From Eubacteriales bacterium (GTDB taxonomy: Bacteria > Bacillota > Clostridia > Christensenellales > UBA1242), in assembly GCA_018384735.1 (NCBI GenBank), contig JAHAXB010000022.1, positions 1,936-65,935 on the forward strand: a DNA stretch of 64,000 nt, read 5' to 3'. A program made the translations under genes and the position numbers. A model generated the notes under the pieces. It searched no databases. It had not been told where the DNA came from and saw only the letters and a program-made list of their open reading frames with translations. Of the stretch, positions 17,147-27,959 are shown in pieces (the first letter of the stretch is position 1; every line of letters begins with the position of its first letter).

Positions 17147-18468
17147 TTGGTATCGGCGGTGTGTCGATGTCGGCTTTGGCTAAGTTATTGCTAGCACAGG
17201 GCAAACAGGTTGCGGGCAGTGATGCCGTATCTTCGCGTAACACGCAAGAGTTATCCGCCATGGGGGTCCCAATATATATTGGACACACGGCGGAAAACCT
17301 GCAACACGAATCAGTCGATTATTTGGTCATTAACGGTGCCATTGCAGACGACAATCCAGAATTACTGTTTGCGAAACAACAAAATATTAAAGTTATTTAT
17401 CGGGAAAACCTGTTGGCTCAAATTGCGCGCCACTATGAACGCGTAATTGCGGTTGCCGGTTGTCATGGTAAAAGTTCAACAACCGCGATGATTGGTTCGA
17501 TTTTTACTACGGGTGGCTCTCGTCCGACCGTACATAACGGGGCGCAGGATAATTTGCATCTCGGCGATAAAAAATGGTTCATTACCGAAGCGTGCGAATT
17601 TCGCAAGAGTTTTCTAAAATTGAAACCGTATCTTGCGGTCGTGACCAACGTTGACGCTGACCATTTGGATTGTTATCACGACTTAGACGAAATTAAACAA
17701 TGTTTTGCTCAGTTCGCTGCGCAAAGTGAAATTCTGATTAAGAACGCCAGCGACCCCAACAGTGCTCATTTGCAAGGTCATCGGCGCACGATAACTTTTG
17801 GTCTTGATTACGGTGACGTCCATGCAAAAAATCTGCAAGCGTTACCCAATGGTGGGTACAGTTTTGACATCGTGTTGAATCCGAAAGTTTTTGGTACTGT
17901 GTATCAATTACCGCGCTTTGACATCCATGTGCCGGGGATACACAACGTCACAAACGCCTTGGCTGCCATTACCTGCGGTTTAGTATGCCAAATTGGTTTT
18001 GACCCGTTGTGCCGTGCGATTGCTAATTATCGGGGGATTGCGCGTCGATTTCAACGCTTTTGTCGGATTGGTAACACGCCGGTAATTTTGGATTACGCGC
18101 ATCATCCACGAGAAATCGCGACCACAATTAAGACGGCACAAACTCTTTATCAAAAGTATTTATTAGTTTTCCAGCCCCATACTTATACGCGTACCATTTC
18201 GCTATGGGATGATTTCGTGCAAGTGTTATCCCGCGTGCCGAACTTAGTCATTTATAAAACTTTTGCGGCGCGGGGTAAAACTATCGTCGGCGGGCGGGGG
18301 TTAGATTTAAGCCGTCACTTGAAAGTGAAGTACTTTGCCACGACGGAGAAGTTGAGCGCGTATTTACATGACCATGCGCAGGAATACGATGCGGTAATTC
18401 TTTGTGGCGCGGGCGATGTGGTCAGTGGCGAATTTTTACGCCAAAGTAGTTTTGTGACATTTGATTGA
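17131..18468 (+). CDS. murC: UDP-N-acetylmuramate--L-alanine ligase
   Basis: N-terminus [28 protein letters not shown], the Mur ligase P-loop [12 protein letters not shown], and a YAHHP motif. Confidence 0.85.
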   Translation: MRYFFVGIGGVSMSALAKLLLAQGKQVAGSDAVSSRNTQELSAMGVPIYIGHTAENLQHESVDYLVINGAIADDNPELLFAKQQNIKVIYRENLLAQIARHYERVIAVAGCHGKSSTTAMIGSIFTTGGSRPTVHNGAQDNLHLGDKKWFITEACEFRKSFLKLKPYLAVVTNVDADHLDCYHDLDEIKQCFAQFAAQSEILIKNASDPNSAHLQGHRRTITFGLDYGDVHAKNLQALPNGGYSFDIVLNPKVFGTVYQLPRFDIHVPGIHNVTNALAAITCGLVCQIGFDPLCRAIANYRGIARRFQRFCRIGNTPVILDYAHHPREIATTIKTAQTLYQKYLLVFQPHTYTRTISLWDDFVQVLSRVPNLVIYKTFAARGKTIVGGRGLDLSRHLKVKYFATTEKLSAYLHDHAQEYDAVILCGAGDVVSGEFLRQSSFVTFD

Positions 18469-18500
18469 CAAGATTAAATTGCCATGGTAATATAATCGTT

Positions 18501-18710
18501 ATGAAAGAAAATATTCATCCAAATTATCACGAAGCCGAATTCGAATGTGCTTGCGGTAACAAATTCACCTGTGGAACCACCAAGGAAGGTGACGTCGTAA
18601 AAATTGATATTTGCTCAAAATGTCATCCATTTTATACTGGCAAACAAAAGATTGTTGATACTGCTGGTCGTGTTGACAAATTTAACAAACGTTACGCAAA
18701 ATCAAAATGA
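18501..18710 (+). CDS. rpmE: 50S ribosomal protein L31
   Basis: MKENIHPNY...CxC...[10 protein letters not shown]. The ORF-track start at 18465 gives a non-homologous 12-aa extension, so ATG 18501 is preferred. Confidence 0.9.
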   Translation: MKENIHPNYHEAEFECACGNKFTCGTTKEGDVVKIDICSKCHPFYTGKQKIVDTAGRVDKFNKRYAKSK

Positions 18711-19549
18711 AATTAGCACAACTGATTGCGCAAACTGGTGAGCACGAAGCGACAATCCAAGTTTTGTGTCATTTGTTAGAAGCTGAACGCACGAATGTTT
18801 TTTTGATTAAAGACATTAGCGAATCTGTTGCAAAAGAAGCAATTAAAATTATTGACCAATATAAAAAAGGCACTCCTTTGGCGTACTTGCTGGGGAGTAC
18901 TTATTTTTATAACCGAAAATTTATCGTGACGCCGGCCGTTTTGGTGCCACGCCATGATACCGAAGTTTTGGTCGAACTGGCGGAAAAGAAAATTATTGCT
19001 GATTCATTGCTTGGCAGTGAGAACCCGACCTACCAGATTTTGGATTTGTGTTGTGGCTCGGGTATCATTGGTATTTCGTTGGCTTATCTTTGTGATTGGT
19101 TACATCACAATAACCGTGAATTGCGCTACGAAATTACGGCCGTGGATTACAGCCCGGAAGCGTTGGCGGTGGCAGCGCAAAATGCGTCGTTACATCATGC
19201 AGACATCAATTTGGTATACAGTGACTTGTTAGAAGATGTGCACGGCAAATTTGATTTGTTGGTTTGTAATCCGCCTTATGTGCGTACCGCGGACATCGGC
19301 GTGGAAGATAAATGGGTTTTGAAAGAACCGCACATGGCTTTGGACGGCGGCATTGACGGCTTGTATTTTTACCGTCGCATATTAGCTACCGCGAAAAAAC
19401 ACTTAACCACACACGGTATGATTATGTTTGAAATTGGTTATGACCAAGCTGCGGCGGTGGAACAAATCGCGTTGGAACATGGTTACAGTATGGTAAAGGT
19501 ATATAAAGATTTGGCAAATCGTAACCGAGTGGTTACAATAAGGGTATAA
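18707..19549 (+). CDS. prmC: release factor glutamine N5-methyltransferase
   Basis: [10 protein letters not shown] (SAM motif I) and CNPPYV (NPPY motif). Located immediately upstream of prfA. Confidence 0.85.
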   Translation: MKLAQLIAQTGEHEATIQVLCHLLEAERTNVFLIKDISESVAKEAIKIIDQYKKGTPLAYLLGSTYFYNRKFIVTPAVLVPRHDTEVLVELAEKKIIADSLLGSENPTYQILDLCCGSGIIGISLAYLCDWLHHNNRELRYEITAVDYSPEALAVAAQNASLHHADINLVYSDLLEDVHGKFDLLVCNPPYVRTADIGVEDKWVLKEPHMALDGGIDGLYFYRRILATAKKHLTTHGMIMFEIGYDQAAAVEQIALEHGYSMVKVYKDLANRNRVVTIRV

Positions 19550-20592
19550 TGTTTGAAGAAGTTAACGCATTAGTTGAAAAGCATACACAGTTGATGCAGC
19601 AGTTGACACTGCCGGAAGTTTTTAATGACTTTACTCGCTATTCGCAAATTTCCAAAGAGGCCGCTAAGTTGGCACCGGTGGTAGAAACTTATCGTCAGTA
19701 CCAAAAATTGCAAAATGACATTACATCCGCGCAAGCAATTACTGACCCCGAACTGGCGGAACTTGCCAAAGCCGAAATCGCCGAAAACCAAATTTTGTTG
19801 GCACAAACTGAAAATGAATTGCGCGAACTGTTGACCCCGAAAGACGAGCGCGATGAAGCCAACGTCATCATTGAAATTCGTCCAGCTGCCGGTGGCGACG
19901 AGGCTTGTCTATTTGCGGCGGTATTGTTGCGTATGTACACTCTTTACGCGAACGCCAATGGCTTTAACGTAGAAATTACTGATATTGAAGAGAACGGCAT
20001 TGGTGGTGTAAAAAACGTGACCTTTATGGTAAAGGGTGATGGCGCCTATTCCAAGTTCAAATACGAAAGCGGTGTGCACCGTGTTCAGCGCGTGCCGGAA
20101 ACTGAATCCCAAGGACGCATTCATACTTCGACTGCGACCGTAGCCGTTTTACCCGAAGCCACGACAGTTGATTTTCAAATCGACGAAAAAGATTTGCGCA
20201 TTGATGTTTACCGCGCTTCTGGTGCGGGTGGACAACACATTAACAAAACTGAAAGCGCGATTCGCATTACCCACATTCCGACCAATATGGTGGTCACTTG
20301 TCAAGATGGACGCAGTCAGTTAGCTAACCGCGAAAAAGCCATGACGGTTTTGGTGTCTAAATTGGCACATTATTACCAAAGTTTAGAAGATGAAAAATAC
20401 GCATCCGAACGCCACGCCCAAGTTGGTACGGGCGACCGCAGCGAACGTATCCGTACTTATAACTACCCGCAAGGTCGCGTAACCGACCACCGCATTAACC
20501 GTACAGAATACAACCTGACCAAATTTGTTGACGGCGAAATTGCCGACATGGTGGAGGCCTTGCGCCTCGCCGAAATCAAAGAAAAGGCGTAA
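19549..20592 (+). CDS. prfA: peptide chain release factor 1
   Basis: The PET tripeptide region (QRVPETE, RF1-type PxT) and the GGQ motif (SGAGGQHINKTESA). Confidence 0.95.
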   Translation: MFEEVNALVEKHTQLMQQLTLPEVFNDFTRYSQISKEAAKLAPVVETYRQYQKLQNDITSAQAITDPELAELAKAEIAENQILLAQTENELRELLTPKDERDEANVIIEIRPAAGGDEACLFAAVLLRMYTLYANANGFNVEITDIEENGIGGVKNVTFMVKGDGAYSKFKYESGVHRVQRVPETESQGRIHTSTATVAVLPEATTVDFQIDEKDLRIDVYRASGAGGQHINKTESAIRITHIPTNMVVTCQDGRSQLANREKAMTVLVSKLAHYYQSLEDEKYASERHAQVGTGDRSERIRTYNYPQGRVTDHRINRTEYNLTKFVDGEIADMVEALRLAEIKEKA

Positions 20593-20593
20593 T

Positions 20594-20625
20594 TAAAAAA
20601 AAGCCCGAGTGTCGGGCTTTTTTAT
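20594..20625. terminator. bidirectional rho-independent terminator between convergent prfA and nrdR
   Basis: aagcccga-gtg-tcgggctt hairpin flanked by an A run upstream and a T run downstream. Confidence 0.75.
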
Positions 20626-20638
20626 TGTTTGAATTGAA

Positions 20639-21115
20639 TTAAATTTTCTTTGCCATTTCTTGTTCAAAGTTTTTAATGAAATTGACAAAGGTGGAAACAT
20701 CTTTGAATTGACGATAAACTGCGGCGAATCGGATGTAGGCAACTTCGTCGACCTTTTTCAATTCTTCCATGACCATGTCACCAATCACGCTGCTGGCGAT
20801 TTCTTGTTGGTCACCAATCGCAGTATTCGCAATTTGCATTTCAATACTTTCCACGATGTTGTCAATTTGTTTCATCGAAACAGGGCGTTTACCTGTCGCG
20901 GCAATAATGCTGTTTTTGATTTTTTGGGCGTCGAATGATTGGCGGCTGCCATCGCGTTTAATTACCAATAACGATACGCGTTCGATGGTTTCGTAGCTGG
21001 TAAAGCGTTTACCACATTTTAAGCACTCGCGACGACGGCGAATAGAATTTGAATTATCATTGGTTCGACTATCGACAACCTTATTATCGTGTGAACCGCA
21101 ATTTGGACATCTCAT
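20639..21115 (-). CDS. nrdR: transcriptional repressor NrdR
   Basis: MRCPNCGS...CLKCGKRFT zinc ribbon followed by an ATP-cone. Confidence 0.9.
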   Translation of the reverse strand: MRCPNCGSHDNKVVDSRTNDNSNSIRRRRECLKCGKRFTSYETIERVSLLVIKRDGSRQSFDAQKIKNSIIAATGKRPVSMKQIDNIVESIEMQIANTAIGDQQEIASSVIGDMVMEELKKVDEVAYIRFAAVYRQFKDVSTFVNFIKNFEQEMAKKI

Positions 21116-21160
21116 GATTTTATGCTCCTTTGTTCCTTAAATTTTTGCTACCACAGTTTA

Positions 21161-21787
21161 TCATTTTTTCGTTTCGTATGACAAGCAACATTTTAAGCGC
21201 CCACAAACACCGTTGATTTTTTCCGGCGTTAAAGACAAGTTTTGTTCCTTCGCCATTTTAATTGAAACTTCGGGGTAGTTGTGGCAGAAGCGTTTGCAAC
21301 AACATTCTTGACCACAGGGACCCAACGCGCCCATGGCTTTTACTTCGTCGCGGGCTCCAATTTGGCGTAATTCAATGCGCGTATGCAGAGCGCTGGCCAA
21401 GTTACGCACCAATTCGCGGAAGTCTACGCGTTGCTCGGCTGAGAAATCAATCACAACCTTACTGGCATCAAAAGTGTAGTGGGCGGACATAATGCGCATA
21501 TCCAACTTTAATTGTTCCGACATGGTGATGGCTTTTTCTTTGGCAAATTCCGCCGACTTCAAAAGCAAGTTAATTTGGCTTTGGTCTTTGGGGGTAGCGC
21601 GACGGAAAATTTGCGCATGGTTCGCTTCGTGTTTTTTCTTATCTACGCCTTCATCCGCAACCACGCCCCATTCAGCGCCGGTAGCAGTTTCCACAATAAC
21701 ATATTCATTGGGTTTAAGGTCGACAATTTCACTATCAAATTTAGTTGTTTGAGTTTCGTTAAAAACTCTGACATGATAAGTTTTCAT
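21161..21787 (-). CDS. ricT: PSP1-domain protein (RicT/YaaT family)
   Basis: The Cys-rich C-terminus GPCGQECCCKRF...GVCGRLKCCLSYE is characteristic of YaaT/PSP1. Confidence 0.7.
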   Translation of the reverse strand: MKTYHVRVFNETQTTKFDSEIVDLKPNEYVIVETATGAEWGVVADEGVDKKKHEANHAQIFRRATPKDQSQINLLLKSAEFAKEKAITMSEQLKLDMRIMSAHYTFDASKVVIDFSAEQRVDFRELVRNLASALHTRIELRQIGARDEVKAMGALGPCGQECCCKRFCHNYPEVSIKMAKEQNLSLTPEKINGVCGRLKCCLSYETKK

Positions 21788-21793
21788 GCTTAA

Positions 21794-22471
21794 TTATAAC
21801 ACCGCGTTGTATTCAATGCAAACGCAGTTTGGGAACAAGTATTCAATGCGCTCCACAATCTCGTGTGCCAAAGTTTGGTCGCTGTGAATATAAATTTGGC
21901 GGGGTGCAATTTCAATTAAGGCGTTGATGATGTCTTCATCGTGGCTGGGTAGTGGTTGTAACTTTTTATCACACACGGTTGGGCGATTATCAATCATCAT
22001 GACGTGGACTTCGGGGATGCGGTAATCCATGTTCATAATCAAGAAGCGCAGTAATTCATTAAACAAAACTGTTTGGGTTAATTGAATGTGGTTTTCGTTG
22101 ACCAGTTGGTTTACTTCATCCCAACGACACTTTAAGCGTCCCAACGCAAAGTCATAAATTGAATCCAATAATAAACAGGGCGATAATGTAAACAACGAAC
22201 CCGCAATCACGGTGTCGGATTTTTTGTCATAATTGATTAAGACTTTAATTAAGCTTTGGTGCTTGATGCGAATTTTACTTTGCAGGTAATAGCCCTTCAT
22301 CGTCGTAACAATTTGGTTTACGATGCTATCAAATAATTTATATTGATTGACATTTTGCGGTAAACATAACACCCAGCGTTTTTCATCTATTTTGACTTGT
22401 CCGTGGAATTTTTGCGCCAAATGTTCTAGGCAGTCGACGAAGCGTTCATCAGTAGAAATTTCCATATTCAT
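21794..22471 (-). CDS. hypothetical protein
   Basis: 225-aa ORF directly upstream of ricT in the same orientation. No motif recognised. Its position beside thrS recalls ytxC, but this is unverified. Confidence 0.45.
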   Translation of the reverse strand: MNMEISTDERFVDCLEHLAQKFHGQVKIDEKRWVLCLPQNVNQYKLFDSIVNQIVTTMKGYYLQSKIRIKHQSLIKVLINYDKKSDTVIAGSLFTLSPCLLLDSIYDFALGRLKCRWDEVNQLVNENHIQLTQTVLFNELLRFLIMNMDYRIPEVHVMMIDNRPTVCDKKLQPLPSHDEDIINALIEIAPRQIYIHSDQTLAHEIVERIEYLFPNCVCIEYNAVL

Positions 22472-22510
22472 AGTCTATGTTAATCGGGCAAATTTAATTA
22501 TTTTTGATAT

Positions 22511-22538
22511 TTGCAATATTTTTTTTTAGTGCTATACT
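22511..22538 (+). promoter_or_regulatory. sigma70-type promoter with leaderless geometry (thrS)
   Basis: TTGCAA (22511-22516), 16-nt spacer, TATACT (22533-22538). The ATG at 22546 lies 7 nt after the -10 and there is no SD. Confidence 0.45.
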
Positions 22539-22545
22539 TACAACC

Positions 22546-24282
22546 ATGGATAAAATTTTAAATCATACGGCTGCTCATGTTTTAGCTTATGCCGTAAAAA
22601 ACATTTACCCCAATACGAAGTTGGCGATTGGTCCGGCAACGGATTCTGGCTTCTATTACGACTTTGATTTTGCTACGCCAATCAAAGATGAAGATCTGCC
22701 AAAAATCGAGGCAGAAATGGCACGCATTATCAAGGAAGATTTTGCTGTCGAACGTAAAGAAGTAACGCGTACCGAAGCGTCACGCATCATCAATAAAAAT
22801 AAAGAAATCTACAAGGTTGAATTGTTGCACGATATTCCGCGTGGCGAAAGCATTACCATGTACACGATTGGTAACTTTACCGATTTGTGTGCGGGTCCGC
22901 ACGTTGACCGTTTGAGTAAAATTAAAGCGTTCAAATTGACCCAAATTACTGGGGCTTATTGGCGCGGTGACGAAAAGAACAAAATGTTGACCCGTATCTA
23001 CGGTGTCGCTTTCGCGAAGAAAAGCGAATTGGATGCGTACAACCTTTGGCAAGAAGAAGTGAAAAAACGCGACCACAATAAAATCTGTCGTGAATTAGGT
23101 TATTACACGTCGTCCGAATTGGTTGGTCAGGGCTTGCCGTTGTTTACAGCGGAAGGCGCCACCATCTTACGTATCATGCAACGTTTCGTAGAAGACGAGG
23201 AAATCCGTCGTGGCTACCTACATGTTAAGACTCCATCTTTTGCCAAGAGTGATTTGTACAAGGTCAGTGGTCACTGGCAACACTATAAAGATTCGATGTT
23301 CTTAATCGGCGACGATGTCTTAAATGACAATGTTATGGCTCTGCGCCCAATGACTTGTCCAATGCACATTTTGTTGTACCGCAGCGAATTGCGTTCTTAT
23401 AAAGATTTGCCAATGCGCTTTGCGGAAACGGCTAAGCAATTCCGTAATGAAAACAGCGGTGAAATGCACGGCTTAATTCGTCTGCGCGAATACACTTTAA
23501 GTGATGGCCACATCATTGTTCGTCCTGATCAAATTCAACAAGTTATCGACGAATGTATGGACTTGGTGAAATACATCTTGGGTGTCTTGAACATGGAAGA
23601 CGATGTTTCCATTCGTTTATCAAAATGGGATCCGAATAACAAAGAAAAATACATCGACTTGCCGGATGCTTGGGAATGGAGTCAAAACGAAATCCGCAAC
23701 GCTTTGAAGGCTCACAAATTAAAATTTACCGAAGCTGATGGCGAAGCGGCTTTCTATGGTCCGAAGATTGATATTCAAGCCAAAAACACCTATGGTAAAG
23801 AAGATACCTTGTTTACCATCCAGTTGGACTTCGCTTTGTCTGAACGTTTCGGTTTGACTTATATCGACGAAAACGGTAAGAAAGCTAAACCATATTTGAT
23901 TCACCGTTCTTCGATTGGTTGCTATGAACGTACCTTAGCGATGTTGATTGAAAAGACTATGGGTAACTTGCCGGTTTGGTTGTCGCCAACCCAAGTTCGT
24001 GTTTTGAACATTACCAATGCCCAAGACGAATACTGCGAACAAGTTAAACGCGCTTTATTAGCGGCTGATATCCGTACTGCAACCGATTTGCGTAATGAAA
24101 AAATCGGCTTGAAAATTCGTGAAGCAACCTTGAAGAAAATTCCGTACTGCTTGATTATTGGTGCGAAAGAACAAGAAGCAGGTAAGGTTGCAGTTCGTAC
24201 GCGTGAAGGTCAAGACTTGGGACAAATGACCGTGGAAGAATTTATCGCCATGGTTAAACAACAAGTTAAGGAATTTAAATAA
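22546..24282 (+). CDS. thrS: threonyl-tRNA synthetase lacking the N-terminal TGS domain
   Basis: Starts directly at the editing/SAD-domain motif HTAAHVLAYAV...GFYYDFDF. Class II motifs follow. ATG 22546 is preferred over the track start at 22504. Confidence 0.85.
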   Translation: MDKILNHTAAHVLAYAVKNIYPNTKLAIGPATDSGFYYDFDFATPIKDEDLPKIEAEMARIIKEDFAVERKEVTRTEASRIINKNKEIYKVELLHDIPRGESITMYTIGNFTDLCAGPHVDRLSKIKAFKLTQITGAYWRGDEKNKMLTRIYGVAFAKKSELDAYNLWQEEVKKRDHNKICRELGYYTSSELVGQGLPLFTAEGATILRIMQRFVEDEEIRRGYLHVKTPSFAKSDLYKVSGHWQHYKDSMFLIGDDVLNDNVMALRPMTCPMHILLYRSELRSYKDLPMRFAETAKQFRNENSGEMHGLIRLREYTLSDGHIIVRPDQIQQVIDECMDLVKYILGVLNMEDDVSIRLSKWDPNNKEKYIDLPDAWEWSQNEIRNALKAHKLKFTEADGEAAFYGPKIDIQAKNTYGKEDTLFTIQLDFALSERFGLTYIDENGKKAKPYLIHRSSIGCYERTLAMLIEKTMGNLPVWLSPTQVRVLNITNAQDEYCEQVKRALLAADIRTATDLRNEKIGLKIREATLKKIPYCLIIGAKEQEAGKVAVRTREGQDLGQMTVEEFIAMVKQQVKEFK

Positions 24283-24773
24283 TGTTAGTTGCCATCGGCA
24301 GAATTTTGAAACCACGGGGCTTACAAGGCGAATTAAAAATCGAAATCACCTACAATCGCCCCGCGGTTTTTAATGATTTAAAATCGGTCGATTTGGGTGG
24401 CAAAACTTACACGGTTACGCGAGGCAGTGTCCAAAACGGTTTTGCTTATTTGCGCTTGGTAGGTGTTGATACCATCGAAAAAGCGGAGCAGTTGCGCAAT
24501 CAAATTGTCAAAGTCGATGCCAGCGCTTTGCACTTGGCGGAAAACGAAGTTCTTTCTAGTGACCTGATTGGCTTTGAGGTTATTCACAATGGTAAAAAAA
24601 TTGGCACCGTGGCTAGCATTGAAAATTACGGCGCGGGTGACTTTTTCGAAATTGCTGTTGATGGTCAAGGTTTTGTTTTATTGCCGAACGAAGACGATTT
24701 CATTGCGGAAACCAATATGACAACGCGCACTTTGATATTAACACCAAATGCCTTGGAGGCGGAGTTACTATAA
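24282..24773 (+). CDS. rimM: 16S rRNA processing protein RimM
   Basis: IGRILKPRGLQGELKI N-terminus and a PRC-barrel C-terminus. Located upstream of trmD. Confidence 0.85.
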   Translation: MLVAIGRILKPRGLQGELKIEITYNRPAVFNDLKSVDLGGKTYTVTRGSVQNGFAYLRLVGVDTIEKAEQLRNQIVKVDASALHLAENEVLSSDLIGFEVIHNGKKIGTVASIENYGAGDFFEIAVDGQGFVLLPNEDDFIAETNMTTRTLILTPNALEAELL

Positions 24774-25432
24774 TGCGCTGGACGATTTTGACTTTATTTC
24801 CGGAAATGTTTGTCCCGTTGCAAACCAGTATTTTGGGACGCGCCAGTAAAGCCGGTAAACTGCAAATTGAAACGGTAAACTTCCGCGACTATACGCTGGA
24901 TAAACATAAAAAGGTTGATGACCATTCTTATTCGCCGGGGGCGGGGTTGGTTTTGGCGTGCCAGCCGATTGCGGACTGCTTGCAAGCCATTGACCCAGAA
25001 CACAAAGCCCATCGCATTTTTATGACACCGGCAGCACCGATTTTGAACCAAGACCGCGTGGTCGCGTTATCGCAATATGAACACATTATTGTACTGTGTG
25101 GTCATTATGAGGGTGTAGATCAACGCGTGATTGATGCCTGCTTTGATGAAGTAATTTCCATTGGCGAGTTCGTCTTAACCGGTGGTGAAATTCCCGCCAT
25201 GGTTTTGGTGGATGCGGTGTCACGCTATGTAGATGGCGTCATTAACAAAGACAGTTTAATTTCCGAAAGTTATATTGACGGTAAATTAGAATATCCGCAA
25301 TATACACGCCCACGCGTTTGGAACGGCATAGCGGTACCCGAAGTGTTATTTTCCGGCAATCACGCTGCCATTCAAAAATGGAAAGACGAGGCTAGTGCGG
25401 CTGTTACCGAAAAATATAGACCGAAAAAATAA
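24773..25432 (+). CDS. trmD: tRNA (guanine37-N1)-methyltransferase
   Basis: ILTLFPEMF..., LCGHYEGVDQRV, SIGEFVLTGGEIPAMVLVDAV. Confidence 0.9.
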   Translation: MRWTILTLFPEMFVPLQTSILGRASKAGKLQIETVNFRDYTLDKHKKVDDHSYSPGAGLVLACQPIADCLQAIDPEHKAHRIFMTPAAPILNQDRVVALSQYEHIIVLCGHYEGVDQRVIDACFDEVISIGEFVLTGGEIPAMVLVDAVSRYVDGVINKDSLISESYIDGKLEYPQYTRPRVWNGIAVPEVLFSGNHAAIQKWKDEASAAVTEKYRPKK

Positions 25433-25484
25433 TCTTCGTTCGAAATTTATATATGTGATACACTAAAGCATTAGGTAATCAAAC

Positions 25485-26597
25485 ATGAAAAATCAACGCG
25501 AAAAAGTTGTTGTTAGAACCAGTGTGATTAGCATTCTTGCTAACATTATTTTGGCGGGATTCAAAGCCTTTATCGGTTTGTTAGCGCATTCAATTGCGGT
25601 TATTTCTGATGCGGTTAATAACTTTACCGATGCATTGTCAAGTATCATTACTATTATTGGTACCAAACTAGCGGGTAAGGCACCAGATAAAAAACACCCG
25701 TATGGGCATGGTCGGGTTGAATATGTGGCGACATTTATTGTTGCGGGCTTGGTATTGTATGCGGGTATTACTGCATTGATTGAATCCATCAAAAAGATTA
25801 TTCATCCTGAAGTATCTGATTATTCAGCTGTCACGTTGGTAATTTTAATCGCGGCCATCTTGATTAAATTTATTTTAGGTATCTATGTCAAACGTATGGG
25901 AAAAAAAGTTCATTCTGATTCGTTAGTCGCCAGTGGCGCCGATGCGTTTAATGATGCCTTACTTTCCATCTCGGTTTTGGCATCAGCCGTTATCTATTTA
26001 TTATTCAAAATTAGTTTAGAAGCCTACGTCGGTATTTTATTATCAATCTTTATTCTTAAATCCGGTTTCGAACTAATTAAGGAAGCTGTTGATAATATGG
26101 TTGGTGTGCGTGTTGAGAGTGATTTAGCGCGTGCCATCAAGAAAACAATTGTGAAAGAAAAGGTTATTCAAGGTGCGTACGATTTAATCTTACACGATTA
26201 CGGCCCAGATAAGTATTTAGGTTCAGTCCATATTGAAGTTGTTGACACTCTAACGGTGGCAGAAATTGATAAGCTATCACGCAAGATTACCAAGACTGTC
26301 GCCGAAAAATATGGCGTACTGTTGCATACCATTGGAGTTTATTCGGTAAATACGCGTGATCAATACGTGATTGAAACCAAAAAACAAATTACCAAAATTG
26401 TTTTTGCGCACCAAGGTGTTTTACAAATGCACGGCTTCTATTTAAACGAAGATGCGAAAACGATTAGTTTTGATATTATTCTGGATTTTAATTTGCAGAA
26501 CCGCGAAGCTGTCTATCGCTCAATTTACGACGAGGTTCAAAACCAATTCCCAGCATATAAAATCGAAATTACATTAGATGTTGATGTCAGTGACTAA
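25485..26597 (+). CDS. cation diffusion facilitator family transporter
   Basis: Six TM segments with HSIAVISDAVNNFTDALSS and HPYGHGRVEY motifs, plus a C-terminal cytoplasmic domain. Confidence 0.8.
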   Translation: MKNQREKVVVRTSVISILANIILAGFKAFIGLLAHSIAVISDAVNNFTDALSSIITIIGTKLAGKAPDKKHPYGHGRVEYVATFIVAGLVLYAGITALIESIKKIIHPEVSDYSAVTLVILIAAILIKFILGIYVKRMGKKVHSDSLVASGADAFNDALLSISVLASAVIYLLFKISLEAYVGILLSIFILKSGFELIKEAVDNMVGVRVESDLARAIKKTIVKEKVIQGAYDLILHDYGPDKYLGSVHIEVVDTLTVAEIDKLSRKITKTVAEKYGVLLHTIGVYSVNTRDQYVIETKKQITKIVFAHQGVLQMHGFYLNEDAKTISFDIILDFNLQNREAVYRSIYDEVQNQFPAYKIEITLDVDVSD

Positions 26598-26769
26598 GGG
26601 CTAATCAGTTTGAAAAATTTTATGGCGGTGATTTTATGTTACTGATTATCACTGGGCGCAAATTAAGACAACCGTTAACCAGGAAAGAGATAGACACTGG
26701 GATTGAAATCGGGTTAAACTTGATTAAGCAAAGAGAAGCCGCAGCTCAACAGGTAGAAAGGAGTCAATC

Positions 26770-27606
26770 ATGGACGCAAACAAAATTCACATTAACTGGT
26801 TTCCGGGACATATGGCGCAGACGCTGAAAATGATTGACGGCGAGTTGAAGATTTGTGATGCTATCGTGTATGTCGTGGACGCACGTTGCCCGCAGTCGTG
26901 CATCAATCCGCAGTTTGATGATTTTGTTGGTCGTAAGCCCGTGCTGTTTGTTTTGAATAAGATCGACTTGGCATCAAACGGTGCCAAAGAACAATTTGTT
27001 CAATCATTACAGTTGAAAACTCCATATATGGTGATTACACGTAACTCGGTGAAAAGTGGTGGTACAGAAGCCGTAGTCAAAGCGTTGCAAAAATTATTGG
27101 CGGAGCGTATTCAAGCCAAGATGGCGCATGGCATTGTGAAGACTTTGCGCGTAGCCGTCATCGGTGTGACCAACTGTGGTAAGTCGACCTTTATTAACAA
27201 CATGACCAACAAAGGTAAGACCCAAACCGGTAACCGACCCGGTGTGACACGTACTAAACAATGGGTACCAATTACGGACAATTTGTGGTTGTTGGATACT
27301 CCGGGTACTTTGTGGCCGGCATTCACGAACCAGCAGGTCGCCCGTAACTTGGCTTATGTCGGTTCCATCAATGATGATATTTTAGATATTGTGGCACTCA
27401 GCCAAGCATTGTTGGATGATTTGAACAAGCTGCAACCTGATGCAGTTAAGGCGCGTTTCGGGGTGACCACCTTTGAAGAAATTGCCAAGAAGCGTGGTTG
27501 TATTTTGCGGGGCGGAGTTTTGGATACGCGGCGTGCTGCCAAGATGATTTTAGCTGAATTCCGTGAAGGTAAAATCGGCAAGTTTAATTTGGATAATTTG
27601 TTATGA
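26770..27606 (+). CDS. rbgA: ribosome biogenesis GTPase A (YlqF/RbgA)
   Basis: INWFPGHMAQT, circularly permuted G motifs (NKIDL ... GVTNCGKST ... DTPG). Confidence 0.85.
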   Translation: MDANKIHINWFPGHMAQTLKMIDGELKICDAIVYVVDARCPQSCINPQFDDFVGRKPVLFVLNKIDLASNGAKEQFVQSLQLKTPYMVITRNSVKSGGTEAVVKALQKLLAERIQAKMAHGIVKTLRVAVIGVTNCGKSTFINNMTNKGKTQTGNRPGVTRTKQWVPITDNLWLLDTPGTLWPAFTNQQVARNLAYVGSINDDILDIVALSQALLDDLNKLQPDAVKARFGVTTFEEIAKKRGCILRGGVLDTRRAAKMILAEFREGKIGKFNLDNLL

Positions 27607-27959
27607 GTGATAACCAAACATTGAATCAAGCATTTGGAAAACATGGGGAAGACCAAGCCGTCCAATTTTGCCTTAAACAAAAATTGAAAATTATCAAGCG
27701 GAACTATCGCTGTCGCTTTGGTGAAATTGACATTATTGCCGAGCGTGATGACGTCCTGCATTTTATCGAAGTCAAGAACCGGTCGCATGATTTAATTCCG
27801 GGGCGTTATGCGGTAAACGCCGGCAAACAGCGTCACATTCGTAATTGCGCGCAAAACTACCTAATGCAGCACGGCATTACCAGCGATTATCTTGTGTCGT
27901 TTGATGTGATTGAAATTACCGACAGTAAGTTGGAATTTTTGGAAAATTGTTTTTATTAA
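27603..27959 (+). CDS. yraN: YraN family (UPF0102) endonuclease-like protein
   Basis: GEDQAVQFCLKQKLKIIKRNYRCRFGEIDIIA...FIEVK is the typical UPF0102 pattern. Confidence 0.7.
   Translation: MSDNQTLNQAFGKHGEDQAVQFCLKQKLKIIKRNYRCRFGEIDIIAERDDVLHFIEVKNRSHDLIPGRYAVNAGKQRHIRNCAQNYLMQHGITSDYLVSFDVIEITDSKLEFLENCFY

Noticed and set aside
18465-18500. TTGACA (18465) and TATAAT (18491) upstream of rpmE as another leaderless promoter.
   Set aside because: The spacer is 20 nt and the -10 ends only 4 nt before the ATG. The geometry does not fit, so it is not counted among the leaderless cases.
22472-22545. Looked for T-box leaders upstream of thrS, and upstream of ileS at 61455-61494.
   Set aside because: The intergenic regions are only about 70 nt and 40 nt, too short for a T-box riboswitch. 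The promoter geometry suggests leaderless mRNA for thrS.
26636-26827. 63-aa ORF between the CDF transporter gene and rbgA.
   Set aside because: It has no SD, overlaps the well-supported rbgA start (an ATG preceded by GAAAGGAG), and has no motif.
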